From positions 1 through 64,000 of the forward strand of contig JAUSFL010000008.1 in the NCBI GenBank assembly GCA_030649735.1: a stretch of 64,000 bases of DNA. The letters are read 5' to 3'. Each line of letters starts with the position of its first letter. Positions within the stretch are counted from its first letter, which is position 1. A program made the translations under genes and the position numbers. The notes beneath the pieces were generated by a model. It was not told the DNA's origin. It did not search any database and saw nothing but the letters and a program-made list of their open reading frames with translations. This document shows, piece after piece, positions 27,608-37,404 of the stretch. This stretch comes from Candidatus Iainarchaeum sp. GTDB lineage: Archaea > Iainarchaeota > Iainarchaeia > Iainarchaeales > UBA10191.

Positions 27608-27766
27608 ATGGTCAAGAAAAAAAAGCTTTCAAAAAAGCCAGTGAAAAAAACTGTCAAGCAAAAAAAAGCAGTTTCTAAAAAATACGCTGGCCGCAAGCCA
27701 AGCAAGAAAGGCAAAGAGTCCAAAGTCAAAAAATTGAAAAAGCTCTTCTCTAAGAAAAAGCGCTAG
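27608..27766 (+). CDS. 52-aa extremely Lys-rich protein
   Basis: MVKKKKLSKKPVKKTVKQKKAVSKKYAGRKPSKKGKESKVKKLKKLFSKKKR; AAGGT SD; below the ORF-track cutoff. Confidence 0.75.
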   Translation: MVKKKKLSKKPVKKTVKQKKAVSKKYAGRKPSKKGKESKVKKLKKLFSKKKR

Positions 27767-27845
27767 CTGTCTTCCAACTGCCTGTTTTTGAATAAAAGCC
27801 AACAGCAAGCCTCATTAACCACTTTAACAGCAGTCTGTACAAGAG

Positions 27846-28040
27846 TTGGATTTTATGCCTTTGATTGAGAGAAAAAGCCAAGACATGATTAATTGGGAAA
27901 GCTGGCAAAAGCACTTGAACAAGAAGTTTGGAGTCAAGGAAGACGAGTTTTTGGAAAAGGCCGAAGAGCCAAAAGAAGCAGAGACCGAAAGCCAGGAAGA
28001 AATTGTTTCCTTGGAGTTTTTGGAAAAGCCAGTTGAGTGA
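27846..28040 (+). CDS. small acidic protein
   Basis: Glu-rich ORF; stop overlaps the next start. Confidence 0.6.
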   Translation: MDFMPLIERKSQDMINWESWQKHLNKKFGVKEDEFLEKAEEPKEAETESQEEIVSLEFLEKPVE

Positions 28041-30088
28041 AGCAAGTGCCTGCAAAAGCAAGAAAAGCAAAGCCTAAAAAAGCAAGATTGCCATATCTTT
28101 CAATAGCTTTAATTTTATTGGCAGTGATTGTTTTGGCTGGATTGTTTTCATTTGATTTCCTGAAAAATTACAAAATCAAGGAATTTACAGCAGGCGACAA
28201 TTCTTTTTCTTTCAGCTATCCGGAATTCAAGGGCTGGGAAGTTTCCGGACCGCAAAGCCCTGAAGAGGTTGTTCCGGCAACTAATTGGACTTTTTTCCTT
28301 AACAATCCGACAAAAATCAATTTTGAGTTTGCTCCGCAATTCACGGTTTCAAAGCATGCTTTTACTGGCGGAGACTACAAGCATCCTTTTCCGTCAATTT
28401 CAAAAAGCCCTAATGGTTACTCGTTCAATATCGAGCCCTCAGACCCTAACAAAGTATTAGTTTACGGGAAAGATTACTCATATTACATTAATTCTGTAGA
28501 CTTCAACAAAATCACGTTTTATGCGCAAGATTTCTCATTAGCCATTGTCTTGTCTTCAGTTTCTGAAAAAGACGGTTTTTCAAGAAAGAAGTTTTTTGAA
28601 GAAATAATCAAGAGCTTCAAGGCTGGGGGAAATCAAGCGAATGGAAAATTGGTTTACTCTGATTCTGGTTTTGTTCCAATGAACTCTTCAGGTAGAACCA
28701 TGCCTGTCGAGAGTTTTGAAGGAATTATTGAATTATCTGATGATTTGGGAATTAGTTATTTTGCCTTGGTTCTTGACAAAAATTCTCCAAGCAATCTTGG
28801 CCCTGATGCTAATCCAACTGTTAATGAATGGAATAAACGCCTCGGATTGCGAGATTCAAGGCATAATTTGTTTTCTTCCAGTGACGAATTGCTGAAAAGC
28901 CTTGTTGGAAAGCGCGTGAAAATTGAAGGAATACTAAACGAGAGCAATATGGCTCCAGGCCGGTTTATTATTACAAAATCAATTTGGCTGGTTTCTGAAG
29001 GAAATTCCAGCCCTCAAGAGTTTGAAGTGCGCGCAAGCTTTTTGCAAGATTTGTATTATGGCCTTGAAATTGTCAGGCTTTCAGACAACAAGGTAATCCA
29101 AACCATCAGCGTGAGAAATGCCGTTGATTTGACAAAGCCCGGCGTTGTTGAGTTGATTGACTTGAACAATGACGGATTTAAGGACTTGCGGGTTATTGGC
29201 GGCTATGATGGGAAAAAGCCATTGTATAAAGTGTGGTATTTTGACACTAAAACCCAGTCTTTTGTTTGGCTAGAGCAAAAGCAAGACCCTGTCTTGAGAA
29301 TGCCAGTCCGCCCTAATGTTGTCTTGAACTTGTGGCATTTCACTTTCGATCCTGATGACAAAAACAGGTTTGGTTTTGAAGTCAGCATTGACGGCCAAAG
29401 AGTAGAAAGCCAGATGTTGGGAAATGACGACTCGCTAACCGCCTTTCTGATTTTGACTGAAGGAAAGCACAAGCTTTTGGCAGTTAGTTATTCTGGAGAC
29501 AGTAATTTTAACGGCGCTTTTGGAAGGGGAATTGCTTTCAAGAAAGAAATTGAAATAAATGTTCAAGAAGGAAAAATGAATTCTTTGGATTTTTTTTACG
29601 CTTCTGCCATAAAAGGCCAAATGGTAACGAAAACAATCAGCCGCCCGTATTTTGACTTTGTGCTTTCAAGCGACAGCCTTCCTTCGGATTCGCCAATTCC
29701 AATCAGGGGCGGGCATCAGCAAGGCCAGGAGGCTGTTTTGACTAAAACTTCTCCAAATTTTGTTCTCGAGCCTCCAGTCGGAAGCGATTATACTGCGGCT
29801 CCTGCAATGAAAGTTTTGGCTTTTTTTGACGGAAAAGATGCATTGGCTTCAAACTTTGCATTGACTCTTTCCAAAGGCCCCCATGTTTTAAAGGCTGAAG
29901 GAATTTACGTTGAATTCAATGAAACAGACTATTTTGAGGCTTTCTTTTCTCTTACAGATGAAGCAACTTACAATTACGTTTACTTGGATTTTATGCCTTT
30001 GAGAAGCACTAGTGAAGACTACCGCAAGGTTTTCGCAAGCTCTTTTTCTTTTAGGATTGCGCAGCAGCAGGCAAGGTTTTACCAGTAA
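28037..30088 (+). CDS. large membrane-anchored multi-domain surface protein
   Basis: N-terminal TM helix; DLNNDGFKDL Ca-binding/FG-GAP-like loop; beta-rich. Confidence 0.8.
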   Translation: MKQVPAKARKAKPKKARLPYLSIALILLAVIVLAGLFSFDFLKNYKIKEFTAGDNSFSFSYPEFKGWEVSGPQSPEEVVPATNWTFFLNNPTKINFEFAPQFTVSKHAFTGGDYKHPFPSISKSPNGYSFNIEPSDPNKVLVYGKDYSYYINSVDFNKITFYAQDFSLAIVLSSVSEKDGFSRKKFFEEIIKSFKAGGNQANGKLVYSDSGFVPMNSSGRTMPVESFEGIIELSDDLGISYFALVLDKNSPSNLGPDANPTVNEWNKRLGLRDSRHNLFSSSDELLKSLVGKRVKIEGILNESNMAPGRFIITKSIWLVSEGNSSPQEFEVRASFLQDLYYGLEIVRLSDNKVIQTISVRNAVDLTKPGVVELIDLNNDGFKDLRVIGGYDGKKPLYKVWYFDTKTQSFVWLEQKQDPVLRMPVRPNVVLNLWHFTFDPDDKNRFGFEVSIDGQRVESQMLGNDDSLTAFLILTEGKHKLLAVSYSGDSNFNGAFGRGIAFKKEIEINVQEGKMNSLDFFYASAIKGQMVTKTISRPYFDFVLSSDSLPSDSPIPIRGGHQQGQEAVLTKTSPNFVLEPPVGSDYTAAPAMKVLAFFDGKDALASNFALTLSKGPHVLKAEGIYVEFNETDYFEAFFSLTDEATYNYVYLDFMPLRSTSEDYRKVFASSFSFRIAQQQARFYQ

Positions 30089-30391
30089 CCAAAACCAGAG
30101 TTATGTATAGAAACTCTTTTATTTTTTTGAAAGTTTTTGTTTTTTCATGAATGCAAAGACTTTCCTGGTTTCAAACATTATAGGCAATTTTTTCGCTTTG
30201 CTTGCGGCAAGGTTGGTAATTGCAAAGTTTTCAGGCAAGGCTTGAAGTTTGAATTCTGCCCTGGAAAGGTTTATTAACTCAAATTCTTTTGATTTGTGTG
30301 CCTTTTAACTAACGGTGGTAACTCCCATGAGAATTCGAAGATCAAAATCCATTGTAATAGCTTCAAGCTATCCTCCATTGATTTTGAGAGC

Positions 30392-30949
30392 TTAAATTTT
30401 TGAGTTTTTCAAAATTTGCTTTTTTGTTTCAGGCTTTGCTTTATTGGCGTAATAGTCCAGGACTTCTTTTCCAGTCCATGCTTTTGCATCGCTTGCCTTA
30501 AAGCCAAGCAATTTAACGTATTTTTCCAGGACTTTTTCGCTTGGCGCCTCAATTTCCAAGAATGTTGGAATGCCCTTAAAAGTGTCGAATTCAAAGTGCG
30601 TTTTTTCAATGTTGTAGGAAAGCCTGTGCTTTTTTGAAATTTTTTCAAGCCTTAATCCAATGCTTTCGAGGATTTTTTGAGTTCTTGAAAAGTCTGGCAC
30701 ATTGACTTCGATTTCTTCGGAAATTTTGGCTTTTGCTTTGGAAACGCGCTTTTTAAAGGTCAATTCAACTATTTTGCCTTTTTTCCTGAGCCTTAGCATG
30801 CTTTTTTGGTTGTGGAGTTTTCTGCCTGGAAAGTCGTAAAAGAATGCAGTCACTTTTTCGTCAAGGTTTTTTTTCGCACCTAATGCCTTTAATTTTTTGA
30901 CTAGCCTTGGCGTGTTGACTTCAAGGATTTTTGCCTCAATTTCGCGCAT
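30392..30949 (-). CDS. CYTH-domain protein (class IV adenylate cyclase/triphosphatase)
   Basis: MREIEAK, LRLRK, LTFK, FLEIE. Confidence 0.9.
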   Translation of the reverse strand: MREIEAKILEVNTPRLVKKLKALGAKKNLDEKVTAFFYDFPGRKLHNQKSMLRLRKKGKIVELTFKKRVSKAKAKISEEIEVNVPDFSRTQKILESIGLRLEKISKKHRLSYNIEKTHFEFDTFKGIPTFLEIEAPSEKVLEKYVKLLGFKASDAKAWTGKEVLDYYANKAKPETKKQILKNSKI

Positions 30950-30996
30950 TGAAAGTATTGACAAGGTTTATATTTAAAAATGCCTTTATTTTTCCC

Positions 30997-31641
30997 ATGG
31001 CTGACTCTTTGGACAAGTCCGAAAAGAAACTCGAGCAAAAAATTGAGAAAAAAGTAGAGGCTAAAGTCGAGAAGGATTTGGAGAAAAAATGGGCTGTGAA
31101 GAATTCTGACCTAAAGCACGAAATGCCGAAAAACGAGGTTGGAATTTTAATTCATGACTATGATTTTTTGTTTTCTGACTTTGACCCTCGGCCTTTGGCC
31201 CAAAGGGCGATTTCTGACGACTTTTTGCGCGAGGTGAGAAAATTCACTTTTGAGGAAAGCCCCGGAATTGCTGAACTGCGTTTTTTGGTTCCTGCCGGAG
31301 TTCGTAACAGCAATTCTGAAGCAATAATCAAGAAGCGCTTGAGAGACCACTTCAAAAAGCATTTTTTGGAATTTGAGAAAGAACAAAAGAAAGTTGTTGG
31401 GCTTGGCCTTTTAGGTTTTTTTTCAGGCCTTGGATTGACCGTGGCTGCCGGAGTTTTGGTTTACCATTTTGCTGAAAGCAACCTTGCTGCCGCAATTCTT
31501 ATTTCTCTATTGGAACCTGCCGGCTGGTTTATTTTTTGGACTGGTTTGGATAGTTTGATTCATGAGTCCAAAGTGCTCTTTCCCGTGCTTGACTTTTACA
31601 AGCGCATGAGCAAGGCGGATATTGTATTTGACTCTTACTAA
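30997..31641 (+). CDS. hypothetical membrane protein with two TM helices
   Basis: FSDFDPRP..RAISDDFL, EPAGWF. Confidence 0.8.
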   Translation: MADSLDKSEKKLEQKIEKKVEAKVEKDLEKKWAVKNSDLKHEMPKNEVGILIHDYDFLFSDFDPRPLAQRAISDDFLREVRKFTFEESPGIAELRFLVPAGVRNSNSEAIIKKRLRDHFKKHFLEFEKEQKKVVGLGLLGFFSGLGLTVAAGVLVYHFAESNLAAAILISLLEPAGWFIFWTGLDSLIHESKVLFPVLDFYKRMSKADIVFDSY

Positions 31642-31653
31642 AGGTGTTGTTTT

Positions 31654-31986
31654 TTGGAACTTGTTGCATTGCTTGAATTTCTTGCAGGAATCACGGGCTT
31701 TTTGATGTCTATTGCTTATTTTCCCCAGGCTTGGAAGATTTTTAATAACAAAAGTGCTGAGGATGTTTCAATAATTTCTTATGTAATTTTTGCTGTTGGC
31801 ACTTGGATTTGGCTTTTGTGGGGGTTTTTTTCTGGCTCTTTCACTGTGATTGTTGGCTTTGCTTTTGGGGCTTTAGGCTCAACTTTGGTTTTGGCTTTGA
31901 GCATTTATTACAGGTTTGTCAAGCCACCACGCCATAGAATTTGCGTTCCAAAAAAAACATTTGTAAAAAAGCCTGCAAAGCATTAA
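31654..31986 (+). CDS. SemiSWEET / PQ-loop transporter, second copy
   Basis: YFPQAWKIFNNKSAEDVS, IWLLWG. Confidence 0.85.
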   Translation: MELVALLEFLAGITGFLMSIAYFPQAWKIFNNKSAEDVSIISYVIFAVGTWIWLLWGFFSGSFTVIVGFAFGALGSTLVLALSIYYRFVKPPRHRICVPKKTFVKKPAKH

Positions 31987-32047
31987 ATACTTGCAAGGAA
32001 TTAATTATTAGGAAAGGAAAAACTTTCTTTTTCGTGGTTTTTGGAGT

Positions 32048-32545
32048 TTGGTGGATTTAATGGCTAAGGTGAAGAATGAATTTCCTGAATCTGAGTTAGT
32101 GCGCAGGACTTTCATGATTCGCGAAATGGACTTGCCGCCTCAAGTCCAGCTTACGCGGCGTTCAATGCTGCGCTGGTTTGCCTTGGCTTCTGGAATGATT
32201 TCTGAAAAGGAATCCCGCTCCACAGTGCTTGAGGTTTTGGATGCTTTGTTTTACTTTCAATTCCAGAAAAAGCAGGATCCTACTGCTCAGGAAGTGATCA
32301 AGTACATTAAGGAAAAGCACGGCAAGATTGTTTCTGAAAAGCTCTTGCGCTATCATTTGAACAGGTTGATTTTGCTTAATCTTTTGCAGAGGAAATCAAG
32401 CCGTTATTTCTTCAATCCTTCCCCTTACGCGGAGCGCAAGGATTTGAAGGCTTCCTTTAATTATTGGATTCGCGAGCATTTGGAAAAGTCCTTGAAAGAC
32501 TGTGAATTTGTGCTTGGAAAACTGCAGGATAATTACAGCAAGTGA
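32048..32545 (+). CDS. winged-helix-like hypothetical protein
   Basis: VSEKLLRYHLNRL HTH-like segment. Confidence 0.7.
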   Translation: MVDLMAKVKNEFPESELVRRTFMIREMDLPPQVQLTRRSMLRWFALASGMISEKESRSTVLEVLDALFYFQFQKKQDPTAQEVIKYIKEKHGKIVSEKLLRYHLNRLILLNLLQRKSSRYFFNPSPYAERKDLKASFNYWIREHLEKSLKDCEFVLGKLQDNYSK

Positions 32546-32551
32546 TGAAGA

Positions 32552-32926
32552 ATGCCTGGTTTGGGAAGCGTTTTTTTAAGGCCTGGAAGAAAAATGCAGC
32601 CAAAGCAGCCCCTGTTCAATAATAAGCCTAAAGCCTTGCCTGTTCAAAAGGCACGCGCGCCCGCGGCTGCAAGACCTATTTTGCGGGCTCGAATAAATTC
32701 TCAAAAGCGCCGGCTTCTTTCGCGAGAAGAGCAAATCAGGAATTCTGCAGTTCGTGCTGAACGAGCCGCAATAATCCGCAGAGTTAATGTTCCGTTCGAG
32801 CAAAGGCTTGCGAGAGTTGCTGCAGATGTTAAAGCAAGAAAATTGTCTTTTGATAATGGAGCTAAAATAATTGACAGGATTAATTTGCAGAGGGAAATTG
32901 CATTGAGGAGATTGGGCTTGAAATGA
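32552..32926 (+). CDS. Arg-rich hypothetical protein
   Basis: 124-aa ORF starting MPGLGSVFLRPGRK. Confidence 0.6.
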   Translation: MPGLGSVFLRPGRKMQPKQPLFNNKPKALPVQKARAPAAARPILRARINSQKRRLLSREEQIRNSAVRAERAAIIRRVNVPFEQRLARVAADVKARKLSFDNGAKIIDRINLQREIALRRLGLK

Positions 32927-32927
32927 C

Positions 32928-33728
32928 TTATTCCCAAACCACGCTTGCGTATCCTACAACGCTTGTTTTGTCTTTTGTGGCGCGCGCTGAAGTGTAATAA
33001 TCGAGCAGTTTGGCCTTTAACTTTTTTTCTTTGGCAAATTCTAAAAGCGCTGTAATGCCAGCGTATCCGCAGATTGAAAGGTCGTTTTCAAACACCAGGT
33101 CAAAAAAACCCTCAACACGATTATGTAGTATTTGTTCTATTGCTTCGTCGTCTTTTTTTTTCGCGCTTTCTTCAGTTTCAAAATGCGTGAAATCGCTGCT
33201 TGCAATAAGCCCAAAGTCGAATTGCTTATGCAGTTCGGCAAGTGCCTGCCCGAGCTTTTTTAAGACTTGCAGGTCTTGCCCTGCAATGCAAACAACCACT
33301 AGTTTGAAGTCTGTCCCGAATTTTTTTTGCAGTAAAATCAGCTGCATTTCTGCAGAATGCTCTTGCAAATGCGCTTTTTCGTCAGATTTGGCTTCAGGCA
33401 CTAATTCAATCAGCCTTTCCGCAAGTTCTTTGTTGATTTCGTTCATTCCTTGAATTGTTTGCCATTCGCCGGCTGGATAGATGCTTATTTTCTCTCCAAG
33501 GCCTGTGTGATTTGGACAGAGAATTATGTAGTTGCTGCTTTTTCTTAGGCTGTTAATGCTTTTTCCTGCAATTTCTCCGCTGTAAATCAGGCCCGCGTGC
33601 GCTGAAATGCAAGCTATTGCTTTTCCTTCTGTTTCTGGCTTTGGAATGTTTTTTGCCAGCTGCTTTTCCAGCAATGCTTTAGAATTAGGGTAAAACAGGC
33701 CTTGCACTGCAGGCTGTCTAATTGCCAT
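32928..33728 (-). CDS. MEMO1 family (AmmeMemoRadiSam B)
   Basis: IRQPAVQGLFYP, HAGLIYSG, EHSAE, SSDFTH, VVGY. Confidence 0.93.
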   Translation of the reverse strand: MAIRQPAVQGLFYPNSKALLEKQLAKNIPKPETEGKAIACISAHAGLIYSGEIAGKSINSLRKSSNYIILCPNHTGLGEKISIYPAGEWQTIQGMNEINKELAERLIELVPEAKSDEKAHLQEHSAEMQLILLQKKFGTDFKLVVVCIAGQDLQVLKKLGQALAELHKQFDFGLIASSDFTHFETEESAKKKDDEAIEQILHNRVEGFFDLVFENDLSICGYAGITALLEFAKEKKLKAKLLDYYTSARATKDKTSVVGYASVVWE

Positions 33729-33730
33729 TT

Positions 33731-34552
33731 TTACTCACCAGGCTTTGAGAATGACGGCCTTGGCCTGCTGCTAGAGCTGCCAAAGCTTCTTCCTCTTCCA
33801 AAGCGGCCTCTGCCAAACCTTGATTGTTTTGCCTCGGCTGCTTCCTGCTCTGCCTTGATGTCGTCTTCAGTAAGCTTGTATTCAAAGTCTTCGATCTTTT
33901 TGTCGAATTGCTCGTCTTTGGTTATCAATTCTTTTGCCTTCAAAACTTCCCTGGCCAAAAGCCAGTAAACTAGCGCAAGGCTTTTTCTTCCCTTGTTGTT
34001 TGCAGGAACAACCAGGTCAATGTTTTTTGTTGAATTGTTTGTTGAGCAGATTCCAATGACTATAGCCTTGGTCCTGCCTGCTTCGCTGATTGATTGGCTG
34101 TCGCTTTCAGGCTCTGTTGCAATTATCAATCGCGGCTCGAAAAAATCAGTGTGGTTTGCGTTAGTGAAAGTGCCTGGAACAAACCTGCTTGTGAAAGCCC
34201 TTGCGCCAATGGCTTCAGCGAATCTTTCGCTCGGGGTTTTTCCATAAAGCCTTCTTGCAACAACCGCAATCTTTTCTGCGGGAATTCTTGCAATGAATTG
34301 TGCGGCAATCCTGATTCTCTCGTCAAGCGTTTGGACGTCAAGGACGCTTAGTCCGTCAGGGCGCATTTTGTAAATGTATTTTTTCATGTCGCCTGACTTG
34401 AAGCGCGTTCCGATATGAGCTCCGCTTTTCAGGTACTTGTCTGCCCCAACCAATAGGTTTTGGCCGGCAATTTGCAATTGCTCTTCAATGATTACTTCTT
34501 TTTCCTGCGGGATTTCTGTGTCTTTTTTCATCAAACTGTTCACCAAACTCAA
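33731..34552 (-). CDS. rps2: 30S ribosomal protein uS2
   Basis: [20 protein letters not shown]. Confidence 0.96.
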   Translation of the reverse strand: MSLVNSLMKKDTEIPQEKEVIIEEQLQIAGQNLLVGADKYLKSGAHIGTRFKSGDMKKYIYKMRPDGLSVLDVQTLDERIRIAAQFIARIPAEKIAVVARRLYGKTPSERFAEAIGARAFTSRFVPGTFTNANHTDFFEPRLIIATEPESDSQSISEAGRTKAIVIGICSTNNSTKNIDLVVPANNKGRKSLALVYWLLAREVLKAKELITKDEQFDKKIEDFEYKLTEDDIKAEQEAAEAKQSRFGRGRFGRGRSFGSSSSRPRPSFSKPGE

Positions 34553-34758
34553 ATTTTGTATTTCATTATATCGTCGATTGCTTCAACATGGCTGAAGATT
34601 GTCCTTCTGCAGCAGTAGCGCGTTATTCCCAAGTCGTCAAGCACTTTTTCAGGCTTTTCCTTGTTGTTTTGGGTTCTTTTCACGTATTCTTCGAAAACTT
34701 CAGAAACAAGTTTTCCGCAACTAAAGCACCTTACTGGAATAATCATATTCTCTTTCAC
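34549..34758 (-). CDS. rpoN: RNA polymerase subunit Rpo10 (N)
   Basis: [17 protein letters not shown]. Confidence 0.97.
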   Translation of the reverse strand: MKENMIIPVRCFSCGKLVSEVFEEYVKRTQNNKEKPEKVLDDLGITRYCCRRTIFSHVEAIDDIMKYKI

Positions 34759-34771
34759 CTTCTTTTTTCAG

Positions 34772-35203
34772 TCATCTGAAAGACAGTTGTTTTTTTGCGC
34801 GGGCTCCTCTTCCCAGCGGTTTTTTTGATTCTTTTCTTCTTGCATCGTCAACAAGCAAGTTTCGGTCATACTTTAAGAGTTTTTCCTTGAGTTTTTTTTC
34901 CCCGTAATAATTCACTAGAGCTTTTGCGATTGCAGTTCTGGCTGAAAGCGCTTGCGCCATTGCGCCGCCGCCTTGAATGTTGATGTCAATGTCGACTTCA
35001 GCGTTTAATGGCTCTATTATTTCCAATGGCTCATTGATTAATTCTCGAATGTACCTGCTTCCGTAAACATTCAAGTTCATCCTGTTGATTCGGATTGTTC
35101 CTTTTCCTTTCCGTATTACAGCGCGTGCGATTGCTGTCTTTTTCTTTGACTTTGATGTAATGCCTTTGGCTTTTTTCTTTTTCTTAGCAACTTCTGCAGT
35201 CAT
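34772..35203 (-). CDS. rps9: 30S ribosomal protein uS9
   Basis: KTAIARA, GGG, GARAKKQLSFR. Confidence 0.96.
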   Translation of the reverse strand: MTAEVAKKKKKAKGITSKSKKKTAIARAVIRKGKGTIRINRMNLNVYGSRYIRELINEPLEIIEPLNAEVDIDINIQGGGAMAQALSARTAIAKALVNYYGEKKLKEKLLKYDRNLLVDDARRKESKKPLGRGARAKKQLSFR

Positions 35204-35213
35204 GTTTGATCAC

Positions 35214-35639
35214 TTAAAATTTTGCCCCTTGAATTCTGGAGATTTCCCCAATTGTCATTGATTTTTTGAAATTGTCTTTTTTTGCGTTCTCGATTGTTTC
35301 TGCCTTTTCGTTTTTTAGCGCTGCCGGAACTCCGACCCAAACGCGAAGGTTTCCGAAGGCTTTTCTTCCGCGAGTGCTGTATTTTGGAAGCATGTTCCTT
35401 ACTGCAGAGCGAATCATGCGGTCTGGCATTCTGGAAATGTGCGGGCCTTTTGTTGGATTGCTTTTTGGCGCCCTTGCGAGCTTTACGCGGACTTTTTCAA
35501 GAATGAATGGCTTGCTGCCTGACATTACTGCCTTTTCTGCATTGACTATTTCGACTTTTTCCCCGGAAAGGAGCGTTTTTGCGACTTTGCTTGCCATTCT
35601 TCCAAGGACAAGCCCTTCTGCATTGATTATTATTGCCAT
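35214..35639 (-). CDS. rpl13: 50S ribosomal protein uL13
   Basis: VLGRMASKVAK, VRNMLP. Confidence 0.96.
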   Translation of the reverse strand: MAIIINAEGLVLGRMASKVAKTLLSGEKVEIVNAEKAVMSGSKPFILEKVRVKLARAPKSNPTKGPHISRMPDRMIRSAVRNMLPKYSTRGRKAFGNLRVWVGVPAALKNEKAETIENAKKDNFKKSMTIGEISRIQGAKF

Positions 35640-35657
35640 TTTTTCATCAACTCAATT

Positions 35658-36026
35658 TTATGCCGTAATCATTAATTTTGAAGCCGTGAATTTTTTTCCA
35701 AGGGCTTCTTTCAAGAGCATTGCGCTTCCTTTTTTTTCTTCGATTGCTTTTTTTGCGCTTGCCGAATAGCTTAATGCAATTACTTCGAGCTTTGCCTCGA
35801 TTTTTTTGTTTCCCAAAACTTTTCCCGGAACAACCATTGTTTTTTCAGGGAATTTTCCGCTCAAGAACTCAAGCTTTGAAGCGTTGACGTTAATCCTTTG
35901 CCTTGTTGGAAGCGCGATTTTGTCTGCGACTGCCTTCCAGACTGCCTGCTTTTCAGCTTTTGCCTTTTTTTTAAGCTTGTCTATGAGCATTTTGGTGCTT
36001 TGCTTTGTTGGTCCTGTTCTCTTCAT
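35658..36026 (-). CDS. rpl18e: 50S ribosomal protein eL18
   Basis: VVPGKVLG; synteny. Confidence 0.95.
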   Translation of the reverse strand: MKRTGPTKQSTKMLIDKLKKKAKAEKQAVWKAVADKIALPTRQRINVNASKLEFLSGKFPEKTMVVPGKVLGNKKIEAKLEVIALSYSASAKKAIEEKKGSAMLLKEALGKKFTASKLMITA

Positions 36027-36069
36027 TTCATTTCACTTTTTTTTGGCTGGTAATTTTGTAAGCGAGTTT

Positions 36070-36182
36070 TGCAGGGGAAGGGATTTGAACCCTTGAAGGC
36101 ACTAAGCCACAGGATCGCTAACCCATTTTTGTTCCCTTATAGGGCTTAAGTCCTGCCCCTTTGGCCGCTCGGGAACCCCTGC
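36070..36182 (-). tRNA. tRNA-Leu(TAA) with 29-nt intron (36116-36144) at position 37/38
   Basis: Cloverleaf GCAGGGG...CCCCTGCA, long variable arm, GGTTCAAAT T-loop, relaxed BHB; no encoded CCA. Confidence 0.93.
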
Positions 36183-36237
36183 AAGTATAATATTTTTCGA
36201 ACGTGCTTTTTATAACACCCTTGTTTTTTTCTCCCAA

Positions 36238-36999
36238 TCATTCCTTTAATGAATTAATGCTTTTTTTGAATTCCGAAACTTTTTCTTTCAATGCCTCAAT
36301 TGCGTGGAGCGCGACTTCTTCGCTGTCTGATTGCCCGTGGCTTTCAATGAAGAACACAAAGTTTTCAGGGTCTGTTTCCAGCTTGATGTGGCCTTTGTCG
36401 CAGTAGTTTACGCAGGCCTTGCATGCATTGCACTTTAAGGCGTCTGTAATCACGATTTTTTTTGCCTTGACTTCCAGGATGTTTTTTGGGCAGTGCTTTA
36501 CGCAGTCTTCGCAGGCATTGCATTCTTTGTCCACTGTTATAGTGTGGGTGTTCCTGTAGCCTACTATTGCAGGCTGCCATTTTGAGTGCTCTTTGCCAGT
36601 GCTTATTGTCGCAATCAATTCCATTTTCACTCTTTGCCCCTTGTTTAATTTCACGAGCGGGACTTTTTTGCCTATGATTTCGACTGAAGGGTCTGCGCTT
36701 TTGATGTCTTTTCCATAGACTGTGCAAGGGCCTTCCTTGTCTAGAGTGAATTTTGCTGTTTCGTTCTTTTTGTAGTCTTTCAAGTCTGCCTTGATTGGAA
36801 TCATTCCAATCCTGTGCGCGAGAAATTCGTCAAACATTACTGAATTGTTTTCAAAGAAAGTGACTTCTTCGATTGCAAGTGTTGGAACTTCAAGCATTAT
36901 TGCTCTCCTGAAAGAGTTCATTAATTCCGGAGTTGCCCCCTTGATTAGGAGTTTTAGCAAATTTCCTTTCTTTTCCAATTGTTTGACTTCAAGATTCAT
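36238..36999 (-). CDS. rpoD: RNA polymerase subunit Rpo3 (D) with ferredoxin-like domain
   Basis: NSFRRAIMLEVP, HRIGMIP, EHSKWQP; two CxxCxxCxxxC motifs. Confidence 0.96.
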   Translation of the reverse strand: MNLEVKQLEKKGNLLKLLIKGATPELMNSFRRAIMLEVPTLAIEEVTFFENNSVMFDEFLAHRIGMIPIKADLKDYKKNETAKFTLDKEGPCTVYGKDIKSADPSVEIIGKKVPLVKLNKGQRVKMELIATISTGKEHSKWQPAIVGYRNTHTITVDKECNACEDCVKHCPKNILEVKAKKIVITDALKCNACKACVNYCDKGHIKLETDPENFVFFIESHGQSDSEEVALHAIEALKEKVSEFKKSINSLKE

Positions 37000-37017
37000 G
37001 CATTTTCTCTCCTTTGA

Positions 37018-37404
37018 TTAATGTTTTTTGCCCCTGTCTCTTTTTCTTTTCCTGCAGCCGTCGTGCGGAACTGGAGTCACGTTTTCTATTGTCCTGATTC
37101 TCATTCCCATTCTTGTAAGCATTCTGATTGCGGCTTCAGCCCCTGGTCCAGGGCTTTTTGACCTTAAGCCTCCTTGGCCTCTTACGCGCACTTCAACTTC
37201 TGAAATTCCTTTTTCGCGGGCTTTTTGCGCGACTACTTCCGCGACTTTCATTGCGGCGTAAGGCGAGGCTTCCTTGTGCTGTGCCTTGACCACGATTCCG
37301 CCAGAGCATTTTGCTATTGTTTCAGCGCCTGTAATGTCTGTGAGCAGAATGATTGTGTCATTGTGCGAGGCGTAAATGTGGATTATCCCGTTCTTTGAAG
37401 CCAT
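37018..37404 (-). CDS. rps11: 30S ribosomal protein uS11
   Basis: SPYAAM, PGPGA, VTPVPHDG. Confidence 0.97.
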   Translation of the reverse strand: MASKNGIIHIYASHNDTIILLTDITGAETIAKCSGGIVVKAQHKEASPYAAMKVAEVVAQKAREKGISEVEVRVRGQGGLRSKSPGPGAEAAIRMLTRMGMRIRTIENVTPVPHDGCRKRKRDRGKKH

